Assembly: GCA_963693365.1 (NCBI GenBank)
Contig: CAVNZM010000001.1
Location: forward strand, 11,806,161 to 11,870,160
DNA: 64,000 nt
Origin: Amoebidium appalachense
Taxonomy: Eukaryota > Protista > Ichthyosporea
Direction: 5' to 3'
In this document: positions 1 through 64,000 of the stretch, piece by piece
How the letters are laid out: each line of letters begins with the position of its first letter
Position numbering within the stretch: position 1 is the first letter of the stretch
Notes under the pieces: generated by a model
What the model was told of the DNA's origin: nothing
Database searches by the model: none
Seen by the model: the letters and a program-made list of their open reading frames with translations, nothing else
Made by a program: the position numbers and the translations under genes

Positions 1-20
1 TGTTTTTGTGGTGGTCGTGT

Positions 21-66
<46 letters not shown>

Positions 67-134
67 ATGTCTGTATGAGAGTGTGGTTGTGTGTGTGGTG
101 TGCTAAAACTCCTGATTTTTTGTTGTTGTGGTGG

Positions 135-252
<118 letters not shown>

Positions 253-316
253 TGGTGGTGGTGGTGGTGTTTTGGGGGGGGGGGGGGGGGGGGGAGGGGG
301 GAGTAGGGAAAAGTAC

Positions 317-30238
<29,922 letters not shown>

Positions 30239-30439
30239 GCTCTATGATGGGCCTCGAAGCTTGCTTTCCCTTACAGATTGTTTTGTACCCAGCATGCTTA
30301 CCGGTGTACGTTTCTACTGCCTCTTTAGTAAGCAGCCCAAAAACATCGCCTACCCCCCCCCCCCGCTTTAAAACATGAGTCCCAATTAGAGTCGTTCCAC
30401 CACAGATCTTCGTTCACCGCAAAACCTTCAACTCACTTG

Positions 30440-31690
30440 CAATACATTCAAGGGTATCCCTAAACAATTGGGCTCTGAGCCACCATGCCACCCTTATATT
30501 CCCACTCAACCTTCGGTGTGTCTAGAATGCGTCCACTTGAAAATTGCTGGCCTCTGTCCAAAGTGTTTGTGGGTAAGTTATCTAACCAATACAACACAAG
30601 CTCTTATTAGATGCACAAAACATACAGTTACTAGGAATCGTCTTCAAGAAAACAAAGAGCTCCCCAACTCACATAAAAAGGAACGAATATTTCCCGAAAG
30701 TTTTGTGTGTTCACTGAAGCTCGTTTGTCTGCCGCTGTGAGCTGTAGTGACGAAACATGTTTGACCGTTCCGATTACTAAGATTGCACAATCTGATTGGA
30801 TGTGAGGTGTTGGCGGGAATTTCATATACTTTGGCAAGCTTGTTGGCAGCGATTGTGCGCTTTCAACTTTGGGCGTTGCGCATACAGGAAAAAGCGCTAT
30901 ATTTGCTTCAATGTATCTAAAAAAATATAGTGCATTTCCTGCGCATCATTCGCTGTAGCAGGTTTTTTTTTTATTACTAATTTGCCCTTCAAAGCGTATG
31001 AGGATGATCAAGGTCACGTGCGGCCCTTACGTAAGGGTGTTCTATAAAGCGAGCCATTTGATTGGTCGTAATTTCCCTCCAAAATATTTCAAGACTTCTG
31101 AGTTCTCCCTGGAGAGTATGAGAGTCACAGTGAGACACGCGATCGCGCGAACCAGTCAGTCGGTGGGAGTGTGTGTAAGGTTACGGTGATTGGAAGGAAT
31201 CTTTGAGAACCCTGCTGCAAAGGGGCAGGCCTAAAAAACAAAGTTGATTTAGCTTATGACTTGTGTCTTTACCAAGTCCCTTTCTGACACAAGAAGTCTG
31301 GTTGCGTTTGCTATGCAGGACCCCGTTCACGCATAGAGGCTATTTGTGTGGGCCGCACTTTGCGCATTCTCTACAGGTGAGGACACGTTCTCATTCGAAG
31401 CGATGCATTATACCTGTATGAAGCATGGCCGTGAGCTTTTCACAGGATTATGAAATAAGCACGTGATGTGTTTGGGAGCTTTTGAACGCACGATGTTGAA
31501 GGCGAGCATACAGCCCCCTATCATACTTGCTCAATTTCAGGTGTATGGAAGCTCGAGCAAGTTTCAAGGGCTCTCATTGCCTAATGGTGAGCCAAATTAA
31601 CGTGCTTACCTTCATAAGAAAGTTTTCAAAACCGGCAGTTTAGGCTGGTGTTACTGGATGGTGTCTTATAACCGATTTCAACAGGGCACC
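30440..31690. promoter_or_regulatory. Putative bidirectional promoter between CLASP (-) and the helicase (+)
   Basis: Microsatellite-free ~1.3 kb between divergent ATGs (30238 and 31691); three GATTGG (reverse CCAAT) motifs near 30795, 31060 and 31188 and a GTCACGTG at ~31013. Function is inferred only. Confidence 0.5.
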
Positions 31691-52452
<20,762 letters not shown>

Positions 52453-52944
52453 TAGTAATTTACTTTACCCGCACGGGGTTGAGATGTGTACGTGGAACAG
52501 CGAATGTGTGGGCAAAGGGTGTCTATGAATAGTTGGGCTGGAGGGAATTGGTGGGTGGGGTGGATGGCGGAGGGTTCTAGTCCGACGGGGTCAGTGATTG
52601 CCTGTGGAATGTGAAGCTTTTATAGATCTGACCTGAAAAGGAATGTGTGACTGTGTGCACTTTGGTTGTGCCTGTTCAGATAGATGCGCAAATGTGCACG
52701 TACTCACTCATTCACACACACACACACACACATGCACGGGATACACACATTTACGTACAACTTGGATCTGATGCTTCCCATGACATAACTGTTTACTTCG
52801 ATTGCTGTGTGGTATGTGTGACGATGAGCATAGCAGTTGTAAAACCTAACTTCTGGTGCATGAATGCCCTCATACGTTGTTGGCTTATTTGGTTTTTTTT
52901 AGGAGACTTGCCAGTTTTTCTCTGTTTTTTTTGTTTTGTTTTTT

Positions 52945-52997
<53 letters not shown>

Positions 52998-53259
52998 CAA
53001 GTTCCCTTCTGATTTTTCTTAGGCCGGTTTTCATATTCCCTCTTGGTTTTCCTAGGCCAGACTTAATGTAAATTTATATCTTATTCATTTGGAAATGCCG
53101 GGCTGTTCTCAAATATTCAGCACGTGACATGCTGGCTGGCCCAGCCATTCTATAGAAGGTGGTTTTTGACTTGAAAACATATACTATTTGAACTTAGCCA
53201 TCTGTTTTCCGTGTGGTAATCGGTCCAGCGCTCTTTTCCCATGCCTTCCTCTCCCCCCT

Positions 53260-53305
<46 letters not shown>

Positions 53306-54766
53306 TCTCTCTCTCTCTCTTCTTCCCTCCCTCCCCGTCCCCCCCCCCCCTCCCCCCTCCAGTGGTGCACACACACACACACACACACTCACACGTACAA
53401 GCGCACACATCAACACACAGCCACCCCGGATACCACTGCAACCGAGAAAAGGATGAAGTGGGAAGGAGGAAAGCATGCATGCACGCACACGCTTGGATGA
53501 CGATCGTCCGTCAAATTCTGCGTCTCCTTTTTGAGTATGTGCTTGTTTTTTATCATTAATAGAACTACTTGGGCCCTGCCGTGGAATGTGTTGAAGGCAT
53601 TCAATTTGTGTCACATGCTGCAGGGTGTGGCTATGTACACATGGTGCTAGCTATGCACATGCATATGGAGTGTCAGCGTAATGTCAGAGGCTGGTGCACC
53701 TGGATGAAACACAAACTCGTGTATAAGGGCCCTTGCACGATTGTGTGCAGGCGAGCCATGCATATGCACGTGCGCACCAAGTTTTTAAATTTGCATGTGT
53801 GGGTGTCGTACGTGTGGGTGTGTGACACAAGCTCTGGCAATAGCTTTGTTTTTTGCTACGGGGCCTGCATGTACAAACGAACCTGATGCAGAAATTTCAC
53901 ATGATGTATCATGATTGTGTAATAATAAACTGTTGCGGAAACAGACAATTTTCCCCGCAGGCGTACGCATGGCGTCAGATGAAGGGGGGGGGGGAGGGGG
54001 GGGACGGGAGGATATACACAGTGTATAACATTGTATGTTTCTTTTTTATGTTCAATCTTATAATTAATTATGCTTAGATTAATTATATATATAGGGCCCC
54101 GTTGACAATGTTTATTTCTACTGTCAGTTCCATGATTGACCGTCAATCATCATCATTGAATGAAATATTAGCCCGAAGTCTCCAGATCATGTACTGGACC
54201 TGGTAAGTTATCATGGTAATCACGTAGACGCTAGCTCAGTGCAATGCCGCGGCTTTTTCATACCGAATATGTGGTAGGGGAAAACGTGGGCACCAAGTAG
54301 GACTTGTAAGATCTGTAATGTAAATCATTTACGTTACCACCATCACAAGGCTTGCAGGAAATTTAAAGGACGTGCTGGAGGGAATTCGTGGGTAGTTCGC
54401 TTTTGTAATTGTAATCGGATATTTTTTTGCTGTTCTAAAGCAGCACAGGACGAGGGGGAGGGGAGGGTGAGGGGAGGGGGGGGGGGGGGAGGGGGGGGAG
54501 GGGGGGGGGGGGGACCTAAACCATTCCCCAAGCTCAACCTGTGGAAAGAATTCGAAAACCAGCATCCCCCCCCCCCCCCCCCTCCCCTCCCTCCCCCAGC
54601 ACCAAAAAAAGAAGAAGAAAGAAAGAAAGAGAAAACGCCTCCCCCACCCCCCCTCGTCATTTCGACCCGGATGATCAAAACTCCTACTGTGGAAAAACCT
54701 TAGCCTGAACTCTATAAGAAGCCTTAGATAGGAGTTGTGTGTGGGTGTGGGTGTGGGTGTGGGTGT

Positions 54767-54819
<53 letters not shown>

Positions 54820-55753
54820 TGTGGGTGTGTGTGTGTGTGTGTGTGTGTGGGTGTGGTGTCGGTGTGTGTGCCTGCCAACCTCGTGCGCTCGTGTGTTCGT
54901 GCGTGCATGTGCGCGTGCATGCGTGTGTGTGTAAGCGTGTGTGTGTCCGTGTGTGCCTGCGTTTGTGCCTGCGTGCGTGTAGGGGGGGAAGGAGGGTGAG
55001 GGAAGGGGGAGGGGAAGTCAAATGGCTGCTATAAAATGCTGGCTAGGTCTCACTTCACATAGTAGGGGTTTCTTCTTCTTTTTCTTGTGTGCGTGGGTGG
55101 GTGGGTGGATGTGGGTGTGTGTGTGGGGGGAGGGGGGGAAGGGGCGGCGGGGGGGGGGGGGGGGGGGGGATAATCCATTCAATAACTCAACAGTTCAAGG
55201 CAAAAACTGCGTAAAGTAGAGCCCAGCCCTACAGAACCAATTCAACAGGTTATCAATCTGTAGTGAGTGAGTGCCGTTTTGCCCAGGTACTGAACGTATG
55301 TCTCCCCCCCTCCCCCCCCCTCCCCCCCCCTCCCCTCCCCCCCCCCCCCCCCCCCAAAAAAAAAAAAAAGCTTTGGAAACCAAAACGGGAAAGAATCAAC
55401 ATTGTAAAAAGGGAAAGTAGAAGCAAAAAATTCTTGAAAGCTGTATAAAGGCTGCATAGGGTACCCTCTACAACATTGTCCGTAGTGAGACTACGATCTT
55501 CCACACTTAGTACAAAAAGTGTACATGTGATCAAATGGCATGGGGAGACAGGGGTAAAAAGTAAAAAAACTACTACGGCTTACCGGGGACACGCTCCCCA
55601 TCTAAACCCCAGAGTCTCATTTTTTTTTTTTTGTGCAATTCAAAGTTCTCCTCCACCCACCCTAACACCCCCTCCCCGCCAACCACGCTCTCCGCTCCCA
55701 AACGCACATTTTCAGGCCGAACGCACATTTTCAGGCCGGGTCGAATCCAACAC

Positions 55754-56017
55754 CTCCCTCCTCTCTCCCTCCATCTTCCTCCACTCATACAACCTATTCC
55801 CCGCGTATCCCAAGAAGGCCAGCGCCCCCGCAGTCGCAGAACTCGCGATAGCAGTACCAAGAAATCCGGCCAAAACAGTCGGAACGCCGAAAAACGTGAT
55901 AAGGTAGGCCCCGGCTGTGCGTTTTGCTGTTTGAATGGCCATTCTCTTTGCGCGACGCTGGGCGTATTGTCTTGCTTTGTTGGCAAAGTAGGCGGATATG
56001 GTGCTTACAATAGGCAT
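55754..56017 (-). CDS. First exon of a small putative membrane protein of unknown function; possible further exons toward ~54340
   Basis: Non-repetitive ORF MPIVSTISAYFANKARQYAQRRAKRMAIQTAKRTAGAYLITFFGVPTVLAGFLGTAIASSATAGALAFLGYAGNRLYEWRKME: a basic N-terminus followed by ~40 uncharged residues. Downstream exon structure is unresolved. Confidence 0.5.
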
Positions 56018-56824
56018 GTTTGATGTGAAATATAAATTGAGGGGGAAAAAAATAATAAAGAGAAACGGTGCCAAGTGCTCCCACTTAGACACGGTTGTGA
56101 GGAAAAGGCGTTGATACAAGCTCGTGTGAAAAGAAAGAAAAAGTAAGTCACACTGCAGAATGTTTGTGAGTGAAGGCCGTTGAAAAATCGGTTCCCCTTG
56201 AGCTTCAATGCAGTTATTCGCTCGAAATACAAAAGTTTAGAGCAAAGTTTCAAACGAAAAAAAAAAGTGCTACAACCACCTCTCAGAACTCTTTCATACA
56301 ACCAAACAAATGGTCAACTTAGATATCTGCGCACACGCAGTTATTCATACAGTACGTCTCGTGACCTTTCCTTGTGCCAAGTTGAACTCTCTTTATCCAC
56401 ATGCACACGTACGCCTGCTCGAGTAAGTCAACGCACACATGGCAGAGGGCTCTGTTTTATTCCTTCCACAAGCCCTCGGGTGCCTTGCATGACGCGACCA
56501 AGAAATGAAACGCTGACGTCCATTTACCCACCCACCAATCATTGCCGCCCCACAAAATAAACGCACAAACACACGAGACTTCAGTTGTGTCAAGCACCTC
56601 CAACGTTTATTCAGTACAGTACAGGAGCCAGTGCAGGAGCCGGGTTTTCTGGCCGGCGCCGGGGCCGCAACTGCCGGCGAGCCGGGATGGTTGCGCAAAC
56701 GTGACGTCGAAATCGACATATTGACCCAATCAAAAATGCAGATTTCAAATATCGGATTACAATCCCACAATCAAACATCCAAAAAGCATTTTCAACATAA
56801 ATCGATTTCAGGCCTGTCTAAATC

Positions 56825-56986
56825 ATACTTACCTGGGCGGGAGTCGACCGTGATCACGGAGGCGGTGGCTCTGTCGGCGGGTCTGGCCATTGCACTGGGG
56901 CCGGGCGGCTGGCACCATCACCCCAAAGTGGGTGACTGGACGTCAGAATTTGTGTTAGTGGGAGTGTGCGTTCGCGCCACTCCTAC
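56825..56986 (+). ncRNA. U1: U1 spliceosomal snRNA
   Basis: 5' ATACTTACCTG; loop I GATCACGGAG (U1-70K site, consensus GAUCACGAAG); loop II CATTGCAC (U1A site); stem III tcaccccaaagtgggtga; Sm site AATTTGTG; stem IV gtgggagtg-tgcgTTCGcgc-cactcctac; length ~162 nt. Confidence 0.97.
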
Positions 56987-57580
56987 ACTTTTTTTACATA
57001 ATGCAGAATAAATATCTCGTTTTACCTCACTTTTTATCCCTTGCCCCTCCTCTCTTCCCCCTGTCCTCTCAGCCCCCCTTCCCTTTTCCCTGCAGTTCAT
57101 AACCTGCGTCTCACGCGACACAAGAAAGACACACCCATACGATTGTTCAGTGTTCTTATGCTACACGTGTATTCGTCTGCCAGCGATATCGATAGGGCGT
57201 TTGGTATCGATATATTGTCCGTGAATGCATCACCCTCACCCTATTCCGCCCACAGTTTGGATCGATATCGGATATATGTTGAACAGGCCGCCTGTGCATG
57301 TACATGTCTAAGAAAAAAGAACATTTCTCCGTTGATAAATCCAGTCAAAAGAAAAAGAGAAGAAAAAAGAAGTAGGTCACATCCTCAGGAGTGGAGTCCA
57401 GATTTCCCCTGTTTGTTTGTGCAACGTTTTGTCGAGAGTCGGACATCAGTGTCCGGGTTGTAGTGATGGTGTGACGTGGTGTACTTGGTGTGTTTTCACG
57501 GTGTGTGTGTGTGTGTGTCACGTGTGTGTGTGTGTGTCTGTGTGTGTGTGCGCGTGCGTGCGTGCGCGCGTGCATCCGTC

Positions 57581-57613
<33 letters not shown>

Positions 57614-58010
57614 CGCGTGCGCGTGCATGTTTGTGTGGGGGGGAGAGGGCGGAGGGGGGAAGGGGGGAGGAGGAGAGGGGGGGGGGGGGGGGGGTAGGAG
57701 GAGGGAGGGGCTGGCAAGCTTATCAATTAATATTTGATTAAGAGGACTTGACCTCTTTTAAAGCTCCACCAACTTAAGCTTAAATCTCCCCTTCCCCTTA
57801 GTTATGACATTTCAAATGAGAAATCAAGACCCCTTTAAATCCATGCACGATATTTTTTTTGTAAACGGATAATTTTTACTACTATGAAACTGTGCTAGCC
57901 TTCGAAATCCACGACCTCCCTAACAACCTCCCTAAATGAAAAGTTTTAGGAAGGGAGGCCATTGTCAAGATATTGCGGCAAAGGTCACACCCTCTCGGTC
58001 ACGATGATAT

Positions 58011-58082
<72 letters not shown>

Positions 58083-58946
58083 ACGCACACACGCACAAAC
58101 GCTTGGAGCTTTTTTTTGGCATCATGCTAACAAATCCTTCAATTTCCGAAGTCAACACGTGCATTAATAAAAATCTCTGTTCTGCCCTGCAGGTTAGAGC
58201 ACACACCTTGTCACCACAACTCGCATAATCCAATGACGGTCTGCATGAGTAATCATTATGGGCTATTGAAGGCTTTGCCTGCCCCCTTCCCCCCCCCCCC
58301 CCCCCCCACCACCACCCACCCACCCACCTGGTGCACCCAATCACACACCACCTACACAGCACACACACACGCATACACACGCACAGATCTAGATATACCA
58401 CACACACACACACACACACTCTCTCTCTCTCACACACACAAAAGGGAAAAAGGGAGGGGATCACTGTGGTGTCTCTGACTTTTGGCACAGCCTCACACAG
58501 CGTGTTTATGTCAAATAGGATATGTGCGTGGGCACGTTCAAACAGCACTTCAATCGATGATCATTGGCAATCATCATCAGTACATTTCTATTCACCAAAT
58601 ATTCAACATCCAAATGAAGGACCATTGCATCACTACAATTTAAACTTAAGAATGCTTTCTCTCCTTTTTTATAATGATCCACCAAAAACTTCCAGATCAC
58701 AGAGCTTGCACTTGTTTTTTTAAAGCCTAGCCACCACCGGGGATAAACCAGTGTTTCATTAGTCACCACACATTCCAATCCATGGAACAAAACCACGTTC
58801 ATTCACTCCTGCCCCGTGCCCTTCTACTCTACAGATTCGATCCCCCCCCCCCCCCCCCCCCCCCCTCCCCACCCACCCAACCCTTCTTCTACTCAGCACA
58901 ACCCCCCCTCCCCCCGGGCACCTCTTCTCCTCTCAGCTCCTCCCCC

Positions 58947-59022
<76 letters not shown>

Positions 59023-59226
59023 AAAACATCTCTCCAACTCCCACCATATGAATAGGCTATTCTTGATTCCTTTTTAATGTTTAAAAACAGGCCCGGCAAT
59101 GCCCATGGCACATTATTTCTCAACCACCATCTACACTCATCAGCAACATATTCATGAACTCATTTTTGCTTACTCAGAAGACATCAGTTCACATGATAAA
59201 GCAAATATAAAGCAACTGTTTCTACG

Positions 59227-61328
59227 TTAAGGAAACTCGGTACCTGCCGTATGTTCTAGCAAAGTTTTTTTAGGTCCCTCGAATGTATGCCGTGCAGACG
59301 TCAACCAAGTGATCCCAGCGAGGATCACCACCCCAACCGTAACAACGATCGTCCAATTAAAAGTGTCAATCGTAATCGGATATTTGACGGGGAAAATCAG
59401 CAAAAATGCGCTGAAAGTGAGCCAGACTGCGGCCATGAACGCACAGGGAACCGAAAACTTGCCCAGGCTGAACTCTCCCGCTTTGAAAGTGTCCCTGGAA
59501 ATCGTGCATCGCAACCACAGAGGGATCGCATACGAAATTTGGTATCCGATTACGGAAATCGACGTGATTGCCGCAAACGCGGTCGTGCTCACGAGCGACA
59601 ATAGGTTAAGAAGCACGGCACCCACAAACACCACGATGATCGAGTTAACGGGAATGGAGTTGAAGGTAACCTTCTTAACCCATGAGGAGAGAAACAGCCC
59701 ATCATCACGTGCCATTGCAAACGCAACACGCGAACTGACGGTCATCGAACTAACTCCGGCAAGGAAAACGTTGACAATGAGCACACACGTCGCAATGAGT
59801 GCGCCCGTTTGGCCCAAAGCCATCACGAAGATCTTGATTGTGGCAGAGTTGTATTCGTTGTTCACAACTGCATCGAGATCGCTAATGCCGAAAAGCAACC
59901 CCAAAAGGTACACAAACCCGAAGATTGACGAACACAGGCAACAGTACACGATTCCCCACGGGGCGGAACGCGATGCCGATCGTGTTTCCTCGGCGAGATG
60001 TGCACCTGCCTCATACCCGCACATGGAAAAACACGGGAGAAGAAGACCCAAAAGTGCGGCATAACCCATGTTTCCGAATCCGGTACCATCATATGTGGTG
60101 GTGAAGACGAACGAGGGTGATGCGCGCTCGGGTGTGAGAGCGATGATGCATATGGCCAACCCCACAGCAGAAAACAGCTGGAACACGACAGATGCGCTGT
60201 AGACGTATCCTTGCTGTCCGATCTTCAAAATGTTAATCAACATGAACCCGGCTAATGTCGCAAGAGCAATGCCAACCTGCACATACGTCGAAATACCCGC
60301 CGGGTCGCCTCCGGCAACCACCGTGGCAGCACTGATGAGACTAGCGATACCAGCGCCGAATGACGCACAGCTAGCCATGTTACCGATGAAATTAAACCAC
60401 CCATCGACATAGCTTGCAAGGGCACAGTACTTGGGGCCGGCAAGCACACCGGCATAATGATACACAGACCCGGCCGAGGGATATTTGGAGCATATCTCGG
60501 CCAGGGAAAGACCCGCCAGGATAGTCATTGTCCCGGCAAGAAACCATTCGTAAACCATGATTGCAGGACCACCATTCAGCAGGCCCATTTCGAGAGAGAT
60601 GCTCATGCTGGACACAACGTTGACGCTGGTGAAGCAGAATCCGAATGACATGAATGCATTGAAGCCACGGGTAAGCTCCTGCAAGGGGAGGGGGGGGGGG
60701 GGGGGGGGGAGAATGATGTAAGCCAAGGTACAAGCGTACAAGGAAGCACACTTTCGCCCACACACACCATCAGTGGTAGGTGTGTCAAACGACCTCCTGC
60801 AAACAGAAACAATGAGGCGATGCTCCAACACTACAAGGTAAAGGGGCAGCCCCGAGAGGTCGATTTACAATCACTCCATCGGTTACACTAAACTGTCACA
60901 TTGCCAAAGGATGCACTTAACACAGGAAACAAATGTGCTCAGAGTTAGTTAGCTGCTCCTTACTGGTTATAGTTCAGAAAGGAAAACGGTAGGGTGAACA
61001 AAAGCGGGGCACACCGCCATACTTACAGTATTTCAACTACGCCACATGCAGTAGACATGAACGGTAGTTCCCGTACCGTAACGCGTCATAGAAACATGTT
61101 CGAAGCACAGGGCCTAGGCAGTTTTAAGCCAAAGAAGACGTGTGTGCTTGTACGTACCTGCTTGTATCCCATAGTAGCCAGCACGGCATCATCAGAATCC
61201 AAAGACTTCTCTTCAAGGTCAACCAGCGCAGTGTTGCTCACTGCTTCAAACTCCTTGGATGAGCGCCTCAATGGCACATCTTTCTCTGCGCTCTCGCTTG
61301 CGCGGGCGCTCACACCAGGCACAGACAT
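59227..61328 (-). CDS. APC-superfamily amino acid/polyamine/GABA permease (UGA4/BAT1-like), 540 aa, one intron
   Basis: Exon 1 61328-61158 (MSVPGV..LATMGYKQ) joins in phase 0 to exon 2 60678-59227 (ELTRGFNAFMSFGFCF..). Family motifs LAEICSKYPSAGSVYHY, GYEAGAHLAEET and SRVAFAMARDDGL, plus about 12 hydrophobic segments. Confidence 0.95.
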
Positions 61329-62661
61329 TTCCAAGTTTTTTTAATGGAACGATTCGTATTATGTGTATATTAGAAACTTGCTGGGTATTATGGAAAATGG
61401 TTATAAGTGTTATGAGCACCCAAGATAAGTTTATGGTGTAAACGTCTACAGTTTGTCAAGTCGTTTGGGCACATGCATTTTCTCCTGTTCAGTCAGTTTC
61501 GAAATAGCTATTGGGACCGATTGTGTCCCATATCTGCATTGCAAGAAGGTACAAGAAGGAGTATTAGGTCTGCTTTATGGATGTGTTACCAGGAAAGATT
61601 CTACTCTTAGTCTAAGCTACAAGAGTTGTACGGCGTGTCAACTGTACACAAAATCGAAAAGAAAAAAAGGTGGCAGAACTTTGGGGCCAAATTTTGGCCC
61701 GCCAAAAAAGCCTTTTATAGGCTTTATCGCATGCAGAAAACATCCTAGTGTAAGATCTATACTAGAATTTTTCAAACCGTTTCAGCTTACCATGCACACG
61801 GTTGAAGACACATGCCTTGAACAACCAAAAACATATTTCAAACAACGGTTTGTGACTAATATAAGTTTTTACTTGGCCCTTCCAGCGATTCTCTGGTATT
61901 ATTTCTGAGAATGTTTCCACATCTTATGTACGGACCATCGCATTGTTGAGCTTGGCACGTGGGTGATGCTCATGTGCTCATTCACGCGCTCTAAACGTTT
62001 TGATTGGTTCCGGTACTCTATTGGCTGGATTTGCTGACCCTATTAGCGTTAGCCAATCAATCTCCATAGATGAAAATCTTTAAAGATCTTGTCGATTTCA
62101 CAAGAGGGGGCCGCTTGGTAACTTGCAAAAGCCGCAAAATCTTGGGATCCAATGGGACATTGTAATGTGACTGTATTCCTATGTTGCAATCCTATCTGTT
62201 ACAAAAGAAATAAATATAAGATTTTATAATTCAGTTCTACAGACTTTTTTCAATTTTTGTTTTTCTAATAGTGATTTTCTAATGTGATTTGGTACTGTGA
62301 AAATAGGGCTCAATGTGCATGGGTGATAAGATCTTCTTGCCGGTAGATCGTTTCAAAAATAACCCAAGGGCAGCCACAGTCACTGACACACCGAAAAGGA
62401 AAAGTAGTCTAATACTAGTAGTAGCCTAAACTAATCAGATTTTATTTGTTTCGTTCATGAATAAATGGCAGAACATAGAGTACAGCTATACACACGGCTT
62501 AAAAGTTCAGAGCCGCCTGCACACTCACAGGCCTCTGCAGGGCTGCGCAAGATTTCCGGCAACGTGTACTCGGAGGAATATATACCAACCAATCAACAGA
62601 ACCTAAACCGAAAACAGACGATCCAATCAGATCATTTCAAAGGCTTTCCACTGCATTACCC

Positions 62662-62753
<92 letters not shown>

Positions 62754-62891
62754 TGTCATCATGTGTGCTTGTGTGGTGGGTGGTAAAACTCCACGTTGGA
62801 TCTGACTGAGTGTTTTCTTAATTGCATGCCCACAACGACAACACACACTGTGTCTTAAGTGATCGTGAGTTTGCTTTCTTGGCATACTCCC

Positions 62892-62922
<31 letters not shown>

Positions 62923-64000
62923 CTCCTCTCTACTCCCCGAGCCATGTTGTGTGTATATGGATATAGGTCTCCTTAGGTTGTTCGCATTGGTTTTCTAGTC
63001 ACTCCTTGCGGCTAGAACTTGCTTCCTATGCAACCTTGATGCATTCCTTCCCCCCCCCCCCCCCCCCCCCCTCATTTCTCCTCCAAACACACCCGGATTC
63101 AACTTCTCGCAAATCTTGCTGTGCAAGGGAACCTGTACCCTCGTGGCCAATGTTATCCGCATCTCCCTTAATTTCACCACTCGTACGTGCACACAAACCC
63201 CAAGCCTTTTTCTCTCTCTTAATCTGCTCCCTCCGGACCGCTTGCCACCTGAAATGCCTCTTATCTCATATCTTTTTCACTTTCCCTTTCTGTATGATAA
63301 TCTTTCTTCTACAGAAATCAGGCTTTGAGTTTTGCTGAAAGTAATTTGGTTGTTGTCGGACAGCTTCTAGGAGCAACAAGAAGGATGAGCAGGTTTGGTG
63401 TTTTTCATAAGCCTTGTAGGTAGCTGCATATTTTTCCCCTCCCCCCCATCCCCCCCCACCCCTTTGCACACACGCACGCACACACACACACTCGCTCTCT
63501 CACACCCCCCTCCCCCCCCCCCCCCCCCCTCTAGCCCCCTCCCCCCCCCCTTTTCATCCATACCTCCCCTGTTTCCCCCTCTTATCTGCTTCAACACCCC
63601 CGGGGGGGAGGGGGGCACGGGGGGAGGAGGGGGTGGGTGGGTGGGTGGGTGGGTGGGAGTGGGGGTGGGGTGGGGGGGGGATTTGAGGTGGGCAAAGGAG
63701 ATGTGTACAGCAGTGAAGAAGAGAGGGCTGTGGATTCTGCCCATGTTTTCGTTTTGATTATGTGTGCCCCTTCCCCCCCCCTCCCCCCCCCCCCCCCCCC
63801 CCTTCCCCCCGACACACACACACACACTTGGGTTGATAATGGTTTTTCTACTGATACATACTGTACTGTGTGCTTTACTGTTCGCATTTCATGAACGTGG
63901 GCGTCATAATCTGTAACGCATCCTACAGCCCTCTCCCTTTGTGGGACTATTTCCTGCACTTATATTCTATTATGTATATACCCATCACTCACTGACCCGG

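Noticed and set aside
55701-55755. tRNA T-loop-like GGGTCGAATCC
   Set aside because: No cloverleaf; it follows a 19-bp tandem duplication (aacgcacattttcaggccg twice).
59309-60064. 251-aa plus-strand ORF
   Set aside because: Antisense shadow of the permease exon.

Overview
This is eukaryotic genomic DNA (standard genetic code, GT-AG spliceosomal introns), probably from a unicellular eukaryote; the lineage cannot be fixed from sequence alone. Introns are saturated with (CA/TG)n, poly-G/poly-C, (GA)n and poly-A/T tracts, so nearly all ORFs in the supplied track are microsatellite artefacts. Manual exon walking with splice-phase checks gives five genes: (1) a >30 kb minus-strand CLASP/Orbit TOG-domain microtubule regulator that runs off the left edge; (2) a divergent plus-strand 30-exon DEAH-box RNA helicase (~1332 aa) with two N-terminal dsRBD-like domains and a C-terminal RD/RS tail; (3) a small putative membrane-protein gene; (4) a U1 snRNA gene; (5) a single-intron APC-family amino acid permease. 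A long-TIR MITE sits in a helicase intron. The most unusual observations concern intron architecture: a ~130-bp element found only in CLASP introns, always in one orientation and usually abutting a G/C homopolymer; degenerate 'echo' copies of exon ends and acceptors 114-153 bp from the real exon; microsatellites fused directly to splice sites; and a palindrome carrying a branch-point motif just upstream of three acceptors.
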